From Enoplolaimus lenunculus (lineage: Eukaryota), in assembly GCA_030248215.1 (NCBI GenBank), contig JASANG010003910.1, forward strand, positions 248,001 through 312,000: a DNA stretch of 64,000 nucleotides, written 5' to 3'. The notes under the pieces are model-generated. The model was not told where the DNA came from. It searched no databases and saw only the letters and a program-made list of their open reading frames with translations. Both the position numbers and the translations under genes were made by a program. Positions 1 through 14,935 of the stretch are shown here, piece after piece (position 1 is the stretch's first letter; each line of letters opens with the position of its first letter).

Positions 1-428
1 TTCGTCGAAAAATTTCTGCAAGCGAGCGTAGCGAATGAGAAATTTTTTACTTACTTCTGATTGCTGTTCTACAGTTTGTAAAAGTGAGTTTTTCCAGTCG
101 TTGTACGAGTTTCATTTGGATATATTCAGTCACCATATAACCCGTTGTATATACCCCTGATGTTGCTGTATGAAACAGAATTCACAATTATTGTAATTTT
201 ATGCATAGCGTCGTCGTATCCTAACATTGGCTCGAGCGTTGTCTTTGGTTTTCAAATTTATGACAAAGTTTGTAGTTTATAATTGTATTCACGGCTCTTG
301 TACACTTCTCCTCTATATTTAAGGATAAAGTTTAGGCAACAATTTAGCCATAGATGAACCTTTTCCTAAACCTAAGCTTAATTATTGTACGGTAGTAAAC
401 AAGGATGTAGTTGTTAAACTAGTACGAC

Positions 429-737
429 CAAGAGTGGGTAATCGCTAACAAGAGTGTGCAACTGGACACATTCTGTATAAAAAGGATGTACCCGGCACGC
501 GTTCTGGTTTTGCACTACCTCCCCTTTATTTATAGGGAGGTACAACCGGTGCGAACCATGTCACTTTATGCGGCGTAGACATTTTCTCCTTGTAGTTTAA
601 TTTAGTGGTATTCATGTGATAGCGGCCCCCTCCCCTCTAAGTAAGGGATGGGCCGGCCAAAAACACAACACCTGGTGGTACATTTGGTACCATGCGGGAC
701 TCCAAGAGTTGTACACTCTTGTCATTGTCCACTCTTC
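429..737. mobile_element. MITE with CAAGAGTG TIRs and 7-bp TSD (P-element-like)
   Basis: CAAGAGTG...CACTCTTC; flanks GTACGAC/GTACGGC; homologous to 50380-50687. Confidence 0.65.
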
Positions 738-3700
738 GTACGGCGCCTGGTTGCTGCTATACATAAAACGGCCCATGTATAGAACCGGGTTCCGGAGGGG
801 CTATAATAGAGTCAGTTTAAGCTTTACACTAATTAACGCCTAGTGTTGTTGGACAAAGTAAAAAAATACAAAATCGTCAAAGATAGCGCTGTGCCACCGT
901 TTACGACGGTTACCCACGTGAGCCGGTGTATGGATAGTTAACTGTATGACAGATTGCTTCTTTCAATATATTTAACATCACGCGAACGAAAAAGCGAAAA
1001 TTAACTCTACAATTACAGTGTGGTCGCATAATGGGCCCGATCGTACTATATATACAGTCTCTTTCACTCTGGTTAGCAGCAATCAGACATCAGGCGCTCA
1101 AAATGGTGTGCTTTGAGGTGTGGGTATACGGCGATATGAGGGTATATCAGTCAGGTTGCACGTATTGGACTTGCCCTTGTCAGCTAAAAGATATATTTAG
1201 AACGCGCATGCGCAACATTTATCACTCAAAGATGTGTTATGGTTTTGTTGTTTTTATTGAAAATGTTTTCAACCAAGGCGTGTAACTTGCAACGCATATA
1301 TGTTAGTGGCAGATCTTATAGACTTTCTGTCAGATCTCTTGTCAGATCGATGAACCTGCTCGTATGTGTGTAACAACGAAACGTTTGTTGCATTCGTTTA
1401 AGCCAGGGTGCAACCGGGATTCCAGTTTCGGTCGGCGAAACCAAAATTTTCACTGACCAGTTTAGATTTTAATCCGGAACTTTTCAGCGTATTTTGTGTT
1501 ACTTTCGGTGTTTATAATATTGTCGTTCAACAATTTAACATTAAATTTTTGTGTTGAATTTGTTATTTTTAAAGTAATAAAAAGTAGCAAGGGGACAGGC
1601 AGTTGCATTTTTAGGAAGTTGATGATAAATAGTGAAAAAAAGCTGGAGTATTATTTTTGGTCGGACTGTGCTAAAAATAATTTTTCACTATCGCTCCAGC
1701 GTATATGTGTTGCCTAATGCCAGAAAGTGAGCTGTATTGACAGGAAATATGCTTTCATTCGGCTAGGAAGCTGATTTTTACTTCTTTCTTGATTAGGCCG
1801 GTATCCATAACGGACCCGGGGGTTAAACCAACCTTGGAAAATTTTGGTCTCCCTGTAAAAGTTACAACTACACTTGTTAGTTATATATATACGAAACTTT
1901 CGCATGGCCCTCCTGAAAAATTTTAGGACCTCCTGTTCGTACCATGTGTTACGCTGTCCTCGCAGGACATAAACACTTAACATAGTAGGACAAGCTAAGT
2001 TGTAGTAAGTCAGGATCGAAAAAATTTAACCAGCCAACAAACAATGAAATTAAACATTTCAAAATTGTTTTGTTTGCAGACAACCGTTGTTTCGTTTGAC
2101 TCAAAAAGAAACCGCTTTTTGTTGTGTGGTCAAAGGGCATTTACTGTTTTACCCAATATATATTTTTCACTTATGCTCTCTGAGGCAACTTAAAGAATGA
2201 ATTTGGCTAAATTTTTTTGCACTGTTCATATTAAAAATGATTGATTGCTTTTGACTGTAGCGGTTTGCACAGCATTTAATATAAATATATAGCGTTTGCT
2301 ACAGGCCAACCATTAATTTTATTTTTGTATTTTTGCGTCCGAATGCTGCGTTGGATTTCTATGCTTTACAGAGTTTTACAACAGCTAAATTAGCTCTGTC
2401 GGCGGTATTAAAATGGTTGAGCTCAAAGCTACACATAAAACGACCTTTGTTGTATAGTTCTATTTTATTAATGAAAGATTGTATCAATTGTTTGACAAAA
2501 CACAGTATGAGATATATATCATCTACAGAGTTGAACGCGACCCGTGAGCAAAACGCGGTCGGGTGAGACATTTTTGACGCGGGCATATCTGCTGGTAAAG
2601 ATTTTCAAAGTGCGGATAAAAACTGAAAACTTGTGGGTTTTTTACACACCTAAAATTTCGGGTAACGAACGCCAGACGACGTTTGTATAACTATATTATT
2701 AGCCCTGTGTTACATTGTTTCATTTACAGAATTATGGTTTGTTTACGATAGGTAGCAGTGTACAACTGAAAGTCTGCCTATGACCACGACTGAAAATTGA
2801 AATCGCGTCTCCGATAGCATTCTTACCAAAGAGTGCTGCAGTTTTAGTACTGGCGCTTTGGTTGTGTCGTTCATGAAATTGTTTGTAAGTTTCAAGGACG
2901 GTGATAAGGGGGTGCAGCGACTTGTGGGACGACCCCGTTCCGTTGGTCCCAGCGTTGAAATATTTTGCAACTTTCAGTCCAACAAAATTTATAGCTTTAG
3001 ACATTTTTGCTGAAAAATGTTCAAAAACTTTTCCGATTCGTATGTAAACTAAACACAATTTTAGTGTGGAGCTTTGCACTTTCTAACGTTCTAATGGAAT
3101 CTTGCCATAAAACATGCATTTTTAATGCTGTGGATTTCTCCAGAACCCTACTTCAGAATTTTCCATACCCCAAAACCCTTGAATTCTTCGGTATCCCGAT
3201 GGTCCAGTAGGTATCACGACAATACGTCGCCCGACAACTTGTAATTTAAAATTTCATCGGCTCGACAATTCTTCGCTCATTATTACGCATACGCCTAGGC
3301 TTAGGGTGACACTTGGGATTGTGCTTAGATTTATTGATAGGTTTTAGGACACTGTTGCACGATAAATTGTTGCGCGACGAATTGTCGTCAATTTAGCCCA
3401 GTGTGTGGGTGCACCCTTCCATTACACTAGAAAGTTCACCGCATCGGGTAATGTTTAAGTAATTTTTAAAGTTTTAATTGTGAAGATTTTAAAGAACGTA
3501 TGACAACACTGATGGAAATTTTTTAAAATTCACAATTTGGACATTATTTTAACTGCGTAAATATGTTGAACCGCCAACTTGAACTGGAAGGAAACTTGTT
3601 GACTTTCACCTGAGTATTTGAACCTTCGGTTGAACGCTGCCAGTTACAATAGACCTTCTTGTGACTTAAACCAAGGAAAGCGACAATACCGCGGAAGACT

Positions 3701-6700
3701 AAACAAGTTTTGTCGCAACCACAAATAACAATAAGGGTGGGAAAAGGCGGGTTGCGGGTGAGAGCAATTTTGCGCGCGTATAGCCGCGGCTAAAAATTAT
3801 AATTTCTACGTTTAAAGCGTGGTCCGGATAAAGAAATCTGTACGTACTTACGCCTCTGAAAAGCAGATAATTTGGCGATTAAAATTGTTTTGATTCCTGG
3901 TTACTGTTCCGGCGCAGTTTAATTCTCGCTAGAGCAATGTGCTTCTGAGCCGCGCAGAATTGGCTGTGAAAATTTATTTTCAAGTTAACCGTTCAATTTT
4001 ATTTTGGATGTTTTATTCTATTTTCAAAACAATACGACCTAATATTGAACGGAATACTAATACCGCAAATCACAGTGAGATTGCTCGTGCATCGAATATT
4101 CGTCGAAAGACAGTTAAATATGTAACGAAAGGCAAAAATTCAATTAATGTCATTTTGTGCTTAAGATAGACCACTTTTTTATCAAAATCCAAGGGGAGGG
4201 GGGTCCAGATTCCGTTCCTTCGCCAATGTTGCCGTCCAGGCTTTGCACAGGACGCAGGAGCACCGAAATTTTTCCCCAATTTTGCTGTCGATTATTCGTA
4301 CTGCGCAACGAAACATTGTTGACCTGTTTTCAATTTTCAATTTGAAAATCTACTAAGCATATGACGCTCCTAAATATCTACACCATATGTTGCTGTGAAA
4401 AAACTTTTGTCAGCAAGGAAGAGCATCTCATAGTTGCGTAAGCGTACACAGCCGTTTAAGAACTAGTTTAGGTTTGTGCTAGTTTGCTCTGTGAGTGTGA
4501 TTAAAGTTGCAACTGTCATTCCAAACGAACCTCATAGAAAAGCGTGCTTGTGTGTAGTTGTTGTTGTTGTTGTTGGCCAGGCATATAAATTGTGTCACCC
4601 AGGCGAACGGCAAGCTCTAACCACGTAGTAGACATGATGGTCAAGTTTGTTAAAGTGTAGTAGTTAGTGCGTTGCGTATTTGTCCAGTTTTCCGGTTGTG
4701 TTTTCACAAACTTTTAGTCGTCTCTGTCTATGAGTAACGGATGTAGCAATTTTTGATGGAGGAAGGAAGCTGCGCGACATAAACAATTGTGGAAAAACCT
4801 CCTAAGCGAACCGAGCGAGAAGCCAAACACAACTTTAGAAGTAAAAAATGTGAACGCAAAAATTTGGCTCTGATCTATGGTTGCAAAGCGTAAAACTGGG
4901 TGGGCCCCCGCATGGATGCACCGGTGCTGTCTTATTGTGTACTGGTAGCAATGATGTTCTTGAATCGGTAGACAATCTTCCTAGTGTTTGTTTACGCTAT
5001 AAGCAAATCATCTCACTGAGATTGTGAAAAGTATTGTTCTGTTTGGAGGAATTCGTAATGCTACGTAGTGCTACAAAATCTTGTTTCAAAAGCAGCCTTG
5101 CCGCTCGGCTTAAAATGCTATTTTTCACCATTGCTATCGTAGTCAGTTTCAGTTGCTAATTGTGTTAATTGTATTTGTTTTTAGTCTCAAAACTGTAAAA
5201 ATTTGGTTGCACAAACTCGGCGGCAGCGCTTAGGTGTGCACATCGTTCATATTGTTATAATTTGAAATATAATATTCAGCTTTTGCACACACACACACAT
5301 GCTCCTTCGCAAGCTTAGGTTTGAGTTTCGGAAAAGGCTTACATATGCCTGAGACCAAAACCTAAATCGAAACCGTTTCTCGAAAACTTACAGCTGAAAC
5401 TTGCAGTTGCAAGTTTTGTCCAAAATCCCATTCGAAAAACTTCTAGCTGCAAATAATTCATTAAAAATTATAGCTAGAAATTTGTTCACATATGTGAATA
5501 ACCATGCAAGTTGACTGAATTTATTGTAGCCGCTTTCTCATTGGCTGATGAAAAAATGTAAGTTCTGTGTGAAATTTGCAGTTGCAAGTTCTCGCATCCA
5601 AAACTTGCACATCTGAATAGGGCTTAAGTCCTAACCTTTAAATATGGGGGAAGTGTACATCAGCTTGATGTTCTAACAACAATACCCAAGCTGAAATAAT
5701 ACTGTTATGTTGGATTGTAAATTCGTAGGTTGTATCTTTATATCCTTGTTTAATTTTGCTCTGTTTTTATCTCGTCTTTTGACCCGTATACCATTATATA
5801 TTATGAATAATTTATGCCTGTGTAAGCCGAATACGATTGAAAAAGCTGATTTGTATTCGCTGGCATGCGAAACCATGTATATTTATATTGTTTTCTGACA
5901 ACTTCAATTATGTAAGTGCTCAAGTTTGTGCAAATGAAAAACATAAAGGCAACAACTGTCAAATCGAACGTCTATAACCAGGGAGAGTGCCCCGAGGGTC
6001 TCAGCCCCTCCAGTAAAAATTTATATTCTATCCTCTATAAAAGTTTTTTACCTCGCTTCTAAGTCGTCTGTAATTCGCACATGCCCGTCGTGAAAATAAT
6101 TTAGCTTCACTACCTGGCATGCTGAGCTGGCTTCGAGTCTGATTTCAACTAAATATAGATGTGGTCGTATTGATGTTTTATTGAATTGCTGCGAAATCAG
6201 TGCATCATTTTTTGACCTTTTAAGTAAAAGCTTTTGAATATTTCGTCAATGCCACGTTATAAGTTTAGCAACGTTAGATGACTGGCGTGTTTTTGATTGA
6301 TACGTGATAAACGGGAACGGAGCAGGGTGCCACCGAATCCACGATTTGACCGTATCCGAATCCGAATCCAGTGCTAATTTGCCGAATTTGAGCGAAGCTC
6401 AGAGTTTCGCGAAACGTTTTATATTTTGTGCTAGGGGGTCCAAAGGTGGATGTCCACCAGTCCGCCTGTCCCAAAAATTTTAATAAACTTTTTTGTTTGA
6501 ACGCCTGTCATCCTGTGTTGTTAACCTCGCATTGATGTTTTAAAATTTTAAGCCGTTTATTAGCTACAGGCTAATTTGCATAATTGTTCTAACCTTAATT
6601 GGCAGATTTTAAGTTATTTCACTAATTATTAGGGTTACACGCAATCTGATTTCAGCAGTAAAGGGTTTTTGGATGCGAGGAATCTGGAAAAATTCTCTAC

Positions 6701-8074
6701 AAACCTTCAAAACCGATAATTTAATAGTTACGTTATTTCTAATTTGCATATTAGCATAATTGATAAGCCTTAATTAAGACTTTTTGTAATATTTCAATAA
6801 TTAGGGTTACTGAAGGGTTTTTGGGTTCCAGGAATCTGAATAAATTGTTTACAAACATCTAAAACCGATAAATGAACAGTTAGCTAGTAACTTATTTACA
6901 TGTTAGCTTAATTGTAGTCCCAGTACGACTGGGTTTTTCCTAAGCCTAGGCTTATGCTAAGCCATTTTTCTACCATTAGCTAAAGCATATGAGCCTAACC
7001 GTACGTAAGCTTATTTTATTACTCCGGTCATTATATATATCTTGATTGAAAATTCCCTAACAAATGCACTTGCTCAACATCAAATTAATCTAGTGTTTCT
7101 ATTTCATAGCTAATTGATCTAGTTGATTACTAAAATCAACACTTTGTCCATATTTACTATAGCGGTGTGTATTCAGAGTTCTTGCTGTGCTCAAGGCCGG
7201 AGCAGCCACCCCCATACCCCCATTTGGGGGGTCACCCCTAAACGGGCCACCGCCCTAACCGGTTGAAACAAAAACCGCTTAAGTTTTAAAATGCGTCTGG
7301 TTTCTCGCTCGCTTCGTCGCAAGTTAAGGGGGCCCCACCCTGGAATTTGGGAGGAGCCCCACGTCTACATCTACATGCTCCTGCACTTGTGGGTACTAGT
7401 GTGAATTTTTGTGACATTTTATTTTAATTCAATGTGACATGAGAACGACTTGACAGCTTACTGATCTGAGTAAACCTTTTGTTGTATTGAAGCGAGTTTA
7501 TTTTTTTAAATTACCACGGAGACATGTTGTACTTGTTAAACATTTATCTATTTTTATATTCGTACAGCCTAATTTTAGATCCTCAGGATGTTTAACAACT
7601 TCACAAAACGTAGTGAAGCGGCCAGATTAAAGCATTTAATTTTGTGGCAGTGGCTATTGCTTACAGGTGTGTGTAAATAAATGGATTAATGTTCTGTGGC
7701 GTGTTGATAAGGCCATGCCTAGGGCTGACCACCCGTCCTTCAAAATTTGAACGTGGGCTGGTTTGTATGAAACATACGTTCGTTATGCACGATGTGCTGG
7801 AGTGATGTTGGTCGAGTAGTTTAAGCATCTGCTGTATAAAGCACCAATTGAAAAAATTGCGCTATCAAAGCGAACGAAAAAAAGTAACGCATGTTTTTGA
7901 CTCCAAACGTTAGTTTTGGATACAGTGCTGTTTGTAGAATATATTTTGCGTTCTAACGCTGGCACTTTTTAGCCCGCATCCCACCCTCCATCCCCCCAAC
8001 AGGTGGTTTGGGAGACGCTAAGCACGATCCTGCTGCTAATTGAATTTTACTATCAATTTTATAATTCTGTAACG

Positions 8075-8466
8075 CAGGCTGGCAACAAAGGTTCGGTTTC
8101 GGCAAAAATTTGAGGTTCGGATTCGGATTCGGATTCGGTTGTGGAAAAGCCGAATCCAAAAGCCGAATCCAACAAAGTTCGGCAATATGCTCTTTCATTT
8201 TTAAGCAATAAAATTTTTAAATACCTTGCTATAAAAATCAATATTTTTTATTTCAGGTGAGAAATCTCAGAACTGTCGTCGGGACGAAATATATTAACGT
8301 ATTAAAAGTTATACGGCTGGCATTGCGTTGATATTCTGAAACAAATTATAGATATATCTGAAATGTGCGAGATGCAGGATTCGGATTCGGTTTCGGATTC
8401 GGCAAATTAGCACTGCTTTCGGTTCGGATTCGGATTCGGTCATATCGTGGATTCGGTGCTACCCTG
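8075..8466. mobile_element. hAT-type MITE with (GGATTC)n subterminal repeats
   Basis: CAGG...CCCTG termini; TSD CTGTAACG/CTATAACG. An inverted fragment of its end lies at ~6323-6387. Confidence 0.7.
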
Positions 8467-8702
8467 CTATAACGTACCATTCAGATTGGAAACAATACTC
8501 TAATCCATTGTATTGCAGTTTGGCGAGTTATGATACTTGTGGGTTGTTTTATTTTCGGTTAAGGATCGTTTCACATTTTCTATAGGTCGAAACGGGTCAC
8601 TGCCCGACAACTCATGGGCAGCATATGTTTTCTTGTTTTGCGATATTAATGTAAATCTCATATATTCGTATCGGTATGGTATCTGGATCGGTATCTAAAT
8701 AT

Positions 8703-9127
8703 CAGGGTGCAACCGGAATTATAATATACAGGAACTGAAACCGGAAAGTTTAAAAATACGTACCGGAACCGGAACCAGAACCTGGAAACAAAAAATTCTT
8801 GTTACCTAAAAATTCGGTTTAACGCTATTTTATCACTTTTAACGGTGCAAACCCATTGTTTACGATGTCAAAATCCTGAAACAAATGCAGTAGCAGGAAA
8901 CGTATGATCAATGATAAACTATGACACAATGGCAAAACATGCTCAGACAATTTTAGAAAAAATAAGTTGGATAAGAGGCCAAGTTTTCTTAAATTTTCGA
9001 ATGAGAAAAAATTTCAATACCGAAAATAAAAGAAAATTCCGATGAAAAAATGCCGGATTTTTACCGGAACCGGATAGTGAAAAATGCCGCATTTCCCTAC
9101 CGGGACCTGAATTTCGGTTGCACCCTG
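8703..9127. mobile_element. hAT-type MITE (CAGGGTGCAACC TIR)
   Basis: TIR CAGGGTGCAACCG; TSD CTAAATAT/CCAAATAT. Related left ends at ~1404 and ~59830; relative at 12297-12639. Confidence 0.75.
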
Positions 9128-10483
9128 CCAAATATATATAGGTATCGGTGAATCGGTATTTTACAGCTCCGATTCAACACTAGAGTATATAGACGTAGTG
9201 GTTTTATTTGAAATGTTTTCAAATAAGTATTTCTTGTGTGAGTTTTTTTGTGATTAAATATGACAGTTCAGTTTAGTGAAATGTGTGAAAGCATTACTGT
9301 TTTTGACTCTTTCACCGTTTTGGAATACTTGCGGCAGAATTGATTATCACAGCATTTTAAAGTCTAGACTACTTTATATGGGTTTTCGAAAAAGTTGACC
9401 GTTTATTAAATATCACACTTCGTGAATATTTGATGGCAATTGCTTATTTGTGTGAAAGTGTGAAAGTTATGATGAAATTACAGCTGTTTTCGTTGTAGCA
9501 TTTGAACTATTTTTCGCCTTGATTTTTCATGCCTCTTTAAAAAGTTTTAGGGTTTCCACGGCCTTGTGGCAGGTTTATGTAAACGTAAAACACCTGAAAG
9601 ATGCTGATTTTTTTCAACCTGTATTAGAGATACTTATAGAATGGTTGTGTACGTTTGCATGTAGCGTTTATTATGAAATATGATCTTGATGTAGCAAAAA
9701 AGACGAGCTTAACCTTTGTATTGCGTCCAAAAGTTTAGACTGCACTAACCGCGATAAAATGGCCAGCAAACTGTAGTCAAAGTCATAGGAAAATAATATT
9801 ATAGCATATATAGTATGTTTTCACTTCACTATTGTAGAGTATAGCACTTTATCTAAACATTTCATTAGTGTTTCTCTGTCTAAAGCAACTTCATATTGGC
9901 ATTATTGCAAATTGATAATCCACAAAACTCTAAAATGATAACCTGAATCTGAGGTGTCTGGCAGTTGATACGCTGATATACTAGTACATTTAACACGGTT
10001 TGGTACTTAGCATCTTGTACACAACTGTTCCACCCAATACACGACTACATTTAAAGCTTAGACTTAGCAGCCATAAATGTTTTCCTGATATGCGGTTATA
10101 AGGCTGGTACAATTTTACTTGGCGTCCGGCGTAGTAGTACATCGACTGTCATTGACGTACAGTACCGGAAGACATTAAAAAAATCTTTAAAACGTACAGC
10201 GTCACACTTTGCCATATGCGTAAATGTGGCAGGAAAGTGTGCAACAGCCTACGCTTGGCGAAAGATCCACTGCGTTTTTTCGGGTTCTTGACTTCAGAAA
10301 CTATTTTGAACTCAAAACATTCTGTATTGCAATTGAACAGACATGCGACCAGAGATCAACAACTACGTAGATATTTTTCGTGTTCTCAATCGTTTCTTGA
10401 TCGCATGCAATTTCCATTTGATTGATGTGGCTAATTTAACGGTTTTATTTCAAGGAGACCTCGCGCAACACCATACCCTACTG

Positions 10484-10484
<1 letters not shown>

Positions 10485-10529
<45 letters not shown>
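10485..10529. repeat. (GTT)n microsatellite
   Basis: About 15 GTT units. Confidence 0.95.
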
Positions 10530-10530
<1 letters not shown>

Positions 10531-13500
10531 GCGGTGATAGCACAATCGTGTGTTTACCCTCCGCAACACCGATACCGGGTTAACTCGTTTGGCGGTGATT
10601 TTGAACCTGTCTTTTGTTTTCCGACATTTATACAAAGGCGTCGCTATAGGACGGTTGTGGGTTTAAAATTTAATCTTCAGGATTTTTGTTTATTGGTTTA
10701 AGACATTTTTTGCACTTAGAAACACAAGAAACCGCTTTCAAAATTGTTATCGAACGTGACGCCCTTGTTACGAAATTCTGGCTACGCCCATGCATTTATA
10801 TGTATACCTTTAATAGAGGTGAATGCAGCTTGAAGTACAGTGGTGAACAAAGTTATTAAGGGTCAGTCAATAGTGTCTTGTCTACGTCAGGGATCGCTGT
10901 TAGCCGTATAAACCGTTGGGTATATCCGCATAATCTTTTTGATGGTATGAAATTTGTTTGGCACAGCCATATGTGTAAGTAAATGAACTTTGGAGCCAGG
11001 GGCGTAGCCAGGATTTCGTTAAGCGAGACGGGATAACCGTATCTATTTGCTTTTACGAGCATGCGTAGCGGACAAAGAAAGTTTGCCGTACCATGGAAGT
11101 TACTTTGCAACCCTAAAAAGCGCTTTTTGGAGTCTTTCTAGAACTTTCGCAGGTTTCCCTTATATACATTCCTGTAGTATTTGGAGCACAAACACCTCTC
11201 ATTTAAAGGCAAAAACTAAATTTGTAGCAGTGAAAAAGTGTAACTTGATTGCTGTTATCTGTTTTTGATGAAACATATTTTACGTGATTAGTAGTAGTCA
11301 AACACAGAATGTGTTGTGTTGTTCATGTGCATGTGCCAAGTACTTTAGTTTAAAGTACTTAACTAATTGAGTAAAATAATATTGAATATGTTTCAGTGGC
11401 GGATGCTAAAAATTCAAAAAAGGGGTCCGAGTAACATGTAATAGTGAAATAATACTCGCGGCGAGAAGCCAAACGTAATTTTAGTGCTAAATCATGACAC
11501 AAAATCGTGGTTTCGATTCCGGTTGATGCGACTATGCCGGGGCAGCCCCTTTCCTATTTACCAGTGAATATCTATAATGCGACAGTGGTTCGCGGTCGGT
11601 AACCTTATAGAATACATTGCTATCAAAGTATCAACAGTCAGTCACTACTGTGATTGTCGATTGTGACCACCGTTGTGATTGGATAGTTTTTGGTTGCGTT
11701 GGCCAATCAAGTTAAAAGTATAGTTTTATCTCTTAGATTATGTATAGTTTACAGCCAGACAGGCATATATATCCAGTTGACCTGAACATGCTAAAAGGGA
11801 GGCTGGAAGTGTTCAGGGCACTATGATTCGTTTAATCGTATTTGGTTTTCTAAATCGTGAGAAATTTGCTTAGTAGTGAATATTTGGTTCATTTTTTGAA
11901 AACCGAAATATGTAAAGTGGGCACGCTGACACAAAGGTATCTTGGTTCAGGGTTGGGAGTGGCCTGGGATTTTTCGGGCCCGAACTCAGCCTGCGCCGAT
12001 CACCGTTTTAGAAAATTTAGAAAAGAAGACAAAAATTAAAGCTTAAAATAAAACCGTCATTGTTGCGGCTCAGAAAATTCTCGAGGAATAAGTCTCGCGT
12101 ACAAAGTAAGCGAGAACCAAACACAATTTTGACGATAATTTCCTATATACAGCTTTGGTTTGTGTCAGTCAGATAAGAGATCAGATTCCTGAGTTCTCTA
12201 GATACACCCTTTGCTGTAGCTTGTTACAGCCCGAGCGCTTAAATCATAAGCCACCAAGAGTCAGAACAAAGAAAATAAACAAATAAACCTCATAAGCAGG
12301 GTGCAAAGCCGAACTGGATTATACCGGAATCGGAATCGGAAGTAGAAATTCTGTGACTGTGCGGATAATTTGTATTGACAAATATAATGTTGATTTATGG
12401 TGTTTGTTGGCTGATAACAATTTTCAAGAAGTCAAAGCTAAACTGCAATCAATTATTGATAAGTTAACTCATCTAAAGCAATGTAATAAATAAATAATTC
12501 GGAATAACGTATCACATCAAGTAGGATTAAAATTAAAATTTCAAAATCGCGATTCCGATTGGTTGTGCAATCCGAATCGGAATCTGAACTCGTTTTGAAT
12601 TGGAATTGTAACCGGAATCGCAATTCCGATTGCACCCTGTTCGTGAGAAATGTGAGCTGAAATTCTGGCTCAGTTTTGATTAAAAGTTTGAAATCTCAGC
12701 ATAAATCTTTAATTTTAAACGGTCTGCGCTGATATGTAGAAAGTTCTGTCTAAGTAACGCAACCTGAGCACAAACAGAGGTGATCAGTGACGTAGTCGCA
12801 ATGATTCGTTTTGTTTAAGTCTGTGATGCAATGTGATTTTGTCGAGAACAGCCAGTGAAGTAAATCGATTTGTATTTACCGTAGATGTACCGTTACGCTT
12901 AATATTTGGACAGTTGACGCAGAAATAACTTCACAGGCTATGTTTGAAAGTGTACATACGCTAGACGTTATAAATATGAACGAAATTGTATGAACAGCAA
13001 AATAGTAATAAATTTATGCAGGGACATTAACATTTACCGGTCTCTCTCGCCCGCATTTGGATCCTGTCGTGTTCGTAAAAACAACATTTTACCGAGAAAC
13101 ATGGTAAAAGTATAATTTTTAAGAATACATTCCAATTAATTATACAGTTTGCGTACTGAAGACTTCAATACAAATTGAACTATAAATAACGTTTTGGCTA
13201 ACGCTGGGATTTGAATTTTGGTTTCCGTAATTTGGCAAAGTTTACGATATTTTCAATTTCGCTTCATGACCTCTTGTATAAATATGAATATACGCCGCTA
13301 AGGAATGCAGGTTTGTCAGCTTCGCACGAGATAAGCGATAGGAATTTATACCTATAAAAAATATATAATTTTTATTTGACATTTAAACCTGTCCATTTTA
13401 ACGATATATACATCTGCTTTAACGTCAAGTCATTTGTTTTGGTTCTGTTTAAGTCGTCTTGAATTGTTGGTTAATTGTTGCTTTCCAAATTCCTGAAACT

Positions 13501-13660
13501 TGTGAAATGTGACAAATTTGACCAATTTTGTCGTGTTTGCGTGAAAAGAATTTGCTTTTTGTTTCGTTTACCAAATTGAAAACCGAAGAATATATGTTGA
13601 TTTGAATCGTTTTATGTACAATCCAGAGCTAGGTTTTGATTAATCGTGGCTGTATACCAG

Positions 13661-14277
13661 CGCACTTACTCTAAATACTGCCATTATGCGCAACCTAAAC
13701 GTGGACAGCAACAACAACAGCAACAGCAACAGTTGCCTTTTGCTCCTCCACCTCTGCTGCCGTATTCTGCTGCTGCCTCCAACTTGAGCCGTCGTCATAA
13801 AGCTTCCGCATGGGCAAACGGCCCACGGTCTTATTCAACTGAACCGTCCGTATATGATACGTCATATTATGCAACCAATTATCATCATTTACAACAACAA
13901 CAACAACAACAACAAGCGCGTCGAAAATGTCTAACACCCACTTACGATGGTTTAAACAACTTTTGTCCTCATTGCGACGCTAGTTTATATGCCGGAACTG
14001 AACCGTATTGGCCGAAATCACGCCTAGAACAATATTACTATAATTACTATTACTACTGTTACCTCAATCATTATTTAGCGTCGGCGACTAACGCAACGAC
14101 GAGCTATGAGAGTCGACGGCCGTTTTCGTGCCCTCCTGGACCACTGCCTTTGATGTCAACTTGGTGTGGAACTTATCAAGCAGCGTCAACGCCGTTTGCT
14201 GTTAATGCTCAATCTCGTCATCAGCATTGCCCATGTTGTCGGTACCGGTTCCGACATAAATCGCGATATAGACGCAA
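13661..14277 (+). CDS. Candidate additional exon of the CaV1 C-terminal tail (Q/P/Y-rich, low complexity)
   Basis: 211-aa ORF (13646-14281) in otherwise ORF-poor DNA. CAG acceptor at 13658-13660; donor AA|GTAATG at 14277/14278 is phase 2, matching the phase-2 acceptor at 16383. No recognisable conserved domain. Confidence 0.4.
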
Positions 14278-14935
14278 GTAATGCAACTGAAAGATTTGCG
14301 CAAAACCGTAAAAAGCGGAATTATGGCGTAGGACTTAATCTGGTTTTGGCTCTTGTACGTTTCCCCCGCATGCTTGAGTTCTGGCTTAAATTTTTTGAAA
14401 AGGCTTACCGAAACCTTTTCTGCCAAAGCTCTTAATGTAATCCTTAAATTTAAATGCGGGGGGGGATAGTGTATAAGAGCTTTAGGTTCCACTACTTACC
14501 AGTTTTACAAACTGACTCCAATTTGTGTGTTGTCATAAGAGCTGAAGGAATGCTAACTGTGAACTAACAAAGTCTTTTTGTGTGAACGTTAATGCTTTAT
14601 GATTATTTTTTGGTTATGCGGACTAATGATAGATATGAACTGATATTAATTTATTACGTATGCTGCTTGGTTTGTCAGTTTTATTTATTTTGATCTATTT
14701 GTTAAAAAAGGCAGTCTATCCTTTTTTACCTTCAAAACCTAAGAGGCCTAACCATGTGTTGAAAACTGTGGGTCGAACGTATAAGATACAAAAGCTCTGT
14801 ATGGTTAGGTGACATTTTAATATAACGGTAAATGTTTAATTGCCGGCTTTAGTTAACCTGTTCACAAAGTGGTAAAATCACAAGTATACTTATGTGTGTA
14901 TAAAATGGCATTATTGTCATGAGTGAAAATCAAGT

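Noticed and set aside
10343..10701. Poly-Leu signal-peptide, poly-Cys or poly-Gln ORFs
   Set aside because: They are translations of the (GTT)n microsatellite, with no convincing splice or homology support.
1..13600. Upstream CaV1 exons (IQ or transmembrane domains)
   Set aside because: No recognisable channel motifs were found. Short candidates near 4581-4640 and 10341-10366 lack adequate support, though small exons may have been missed.
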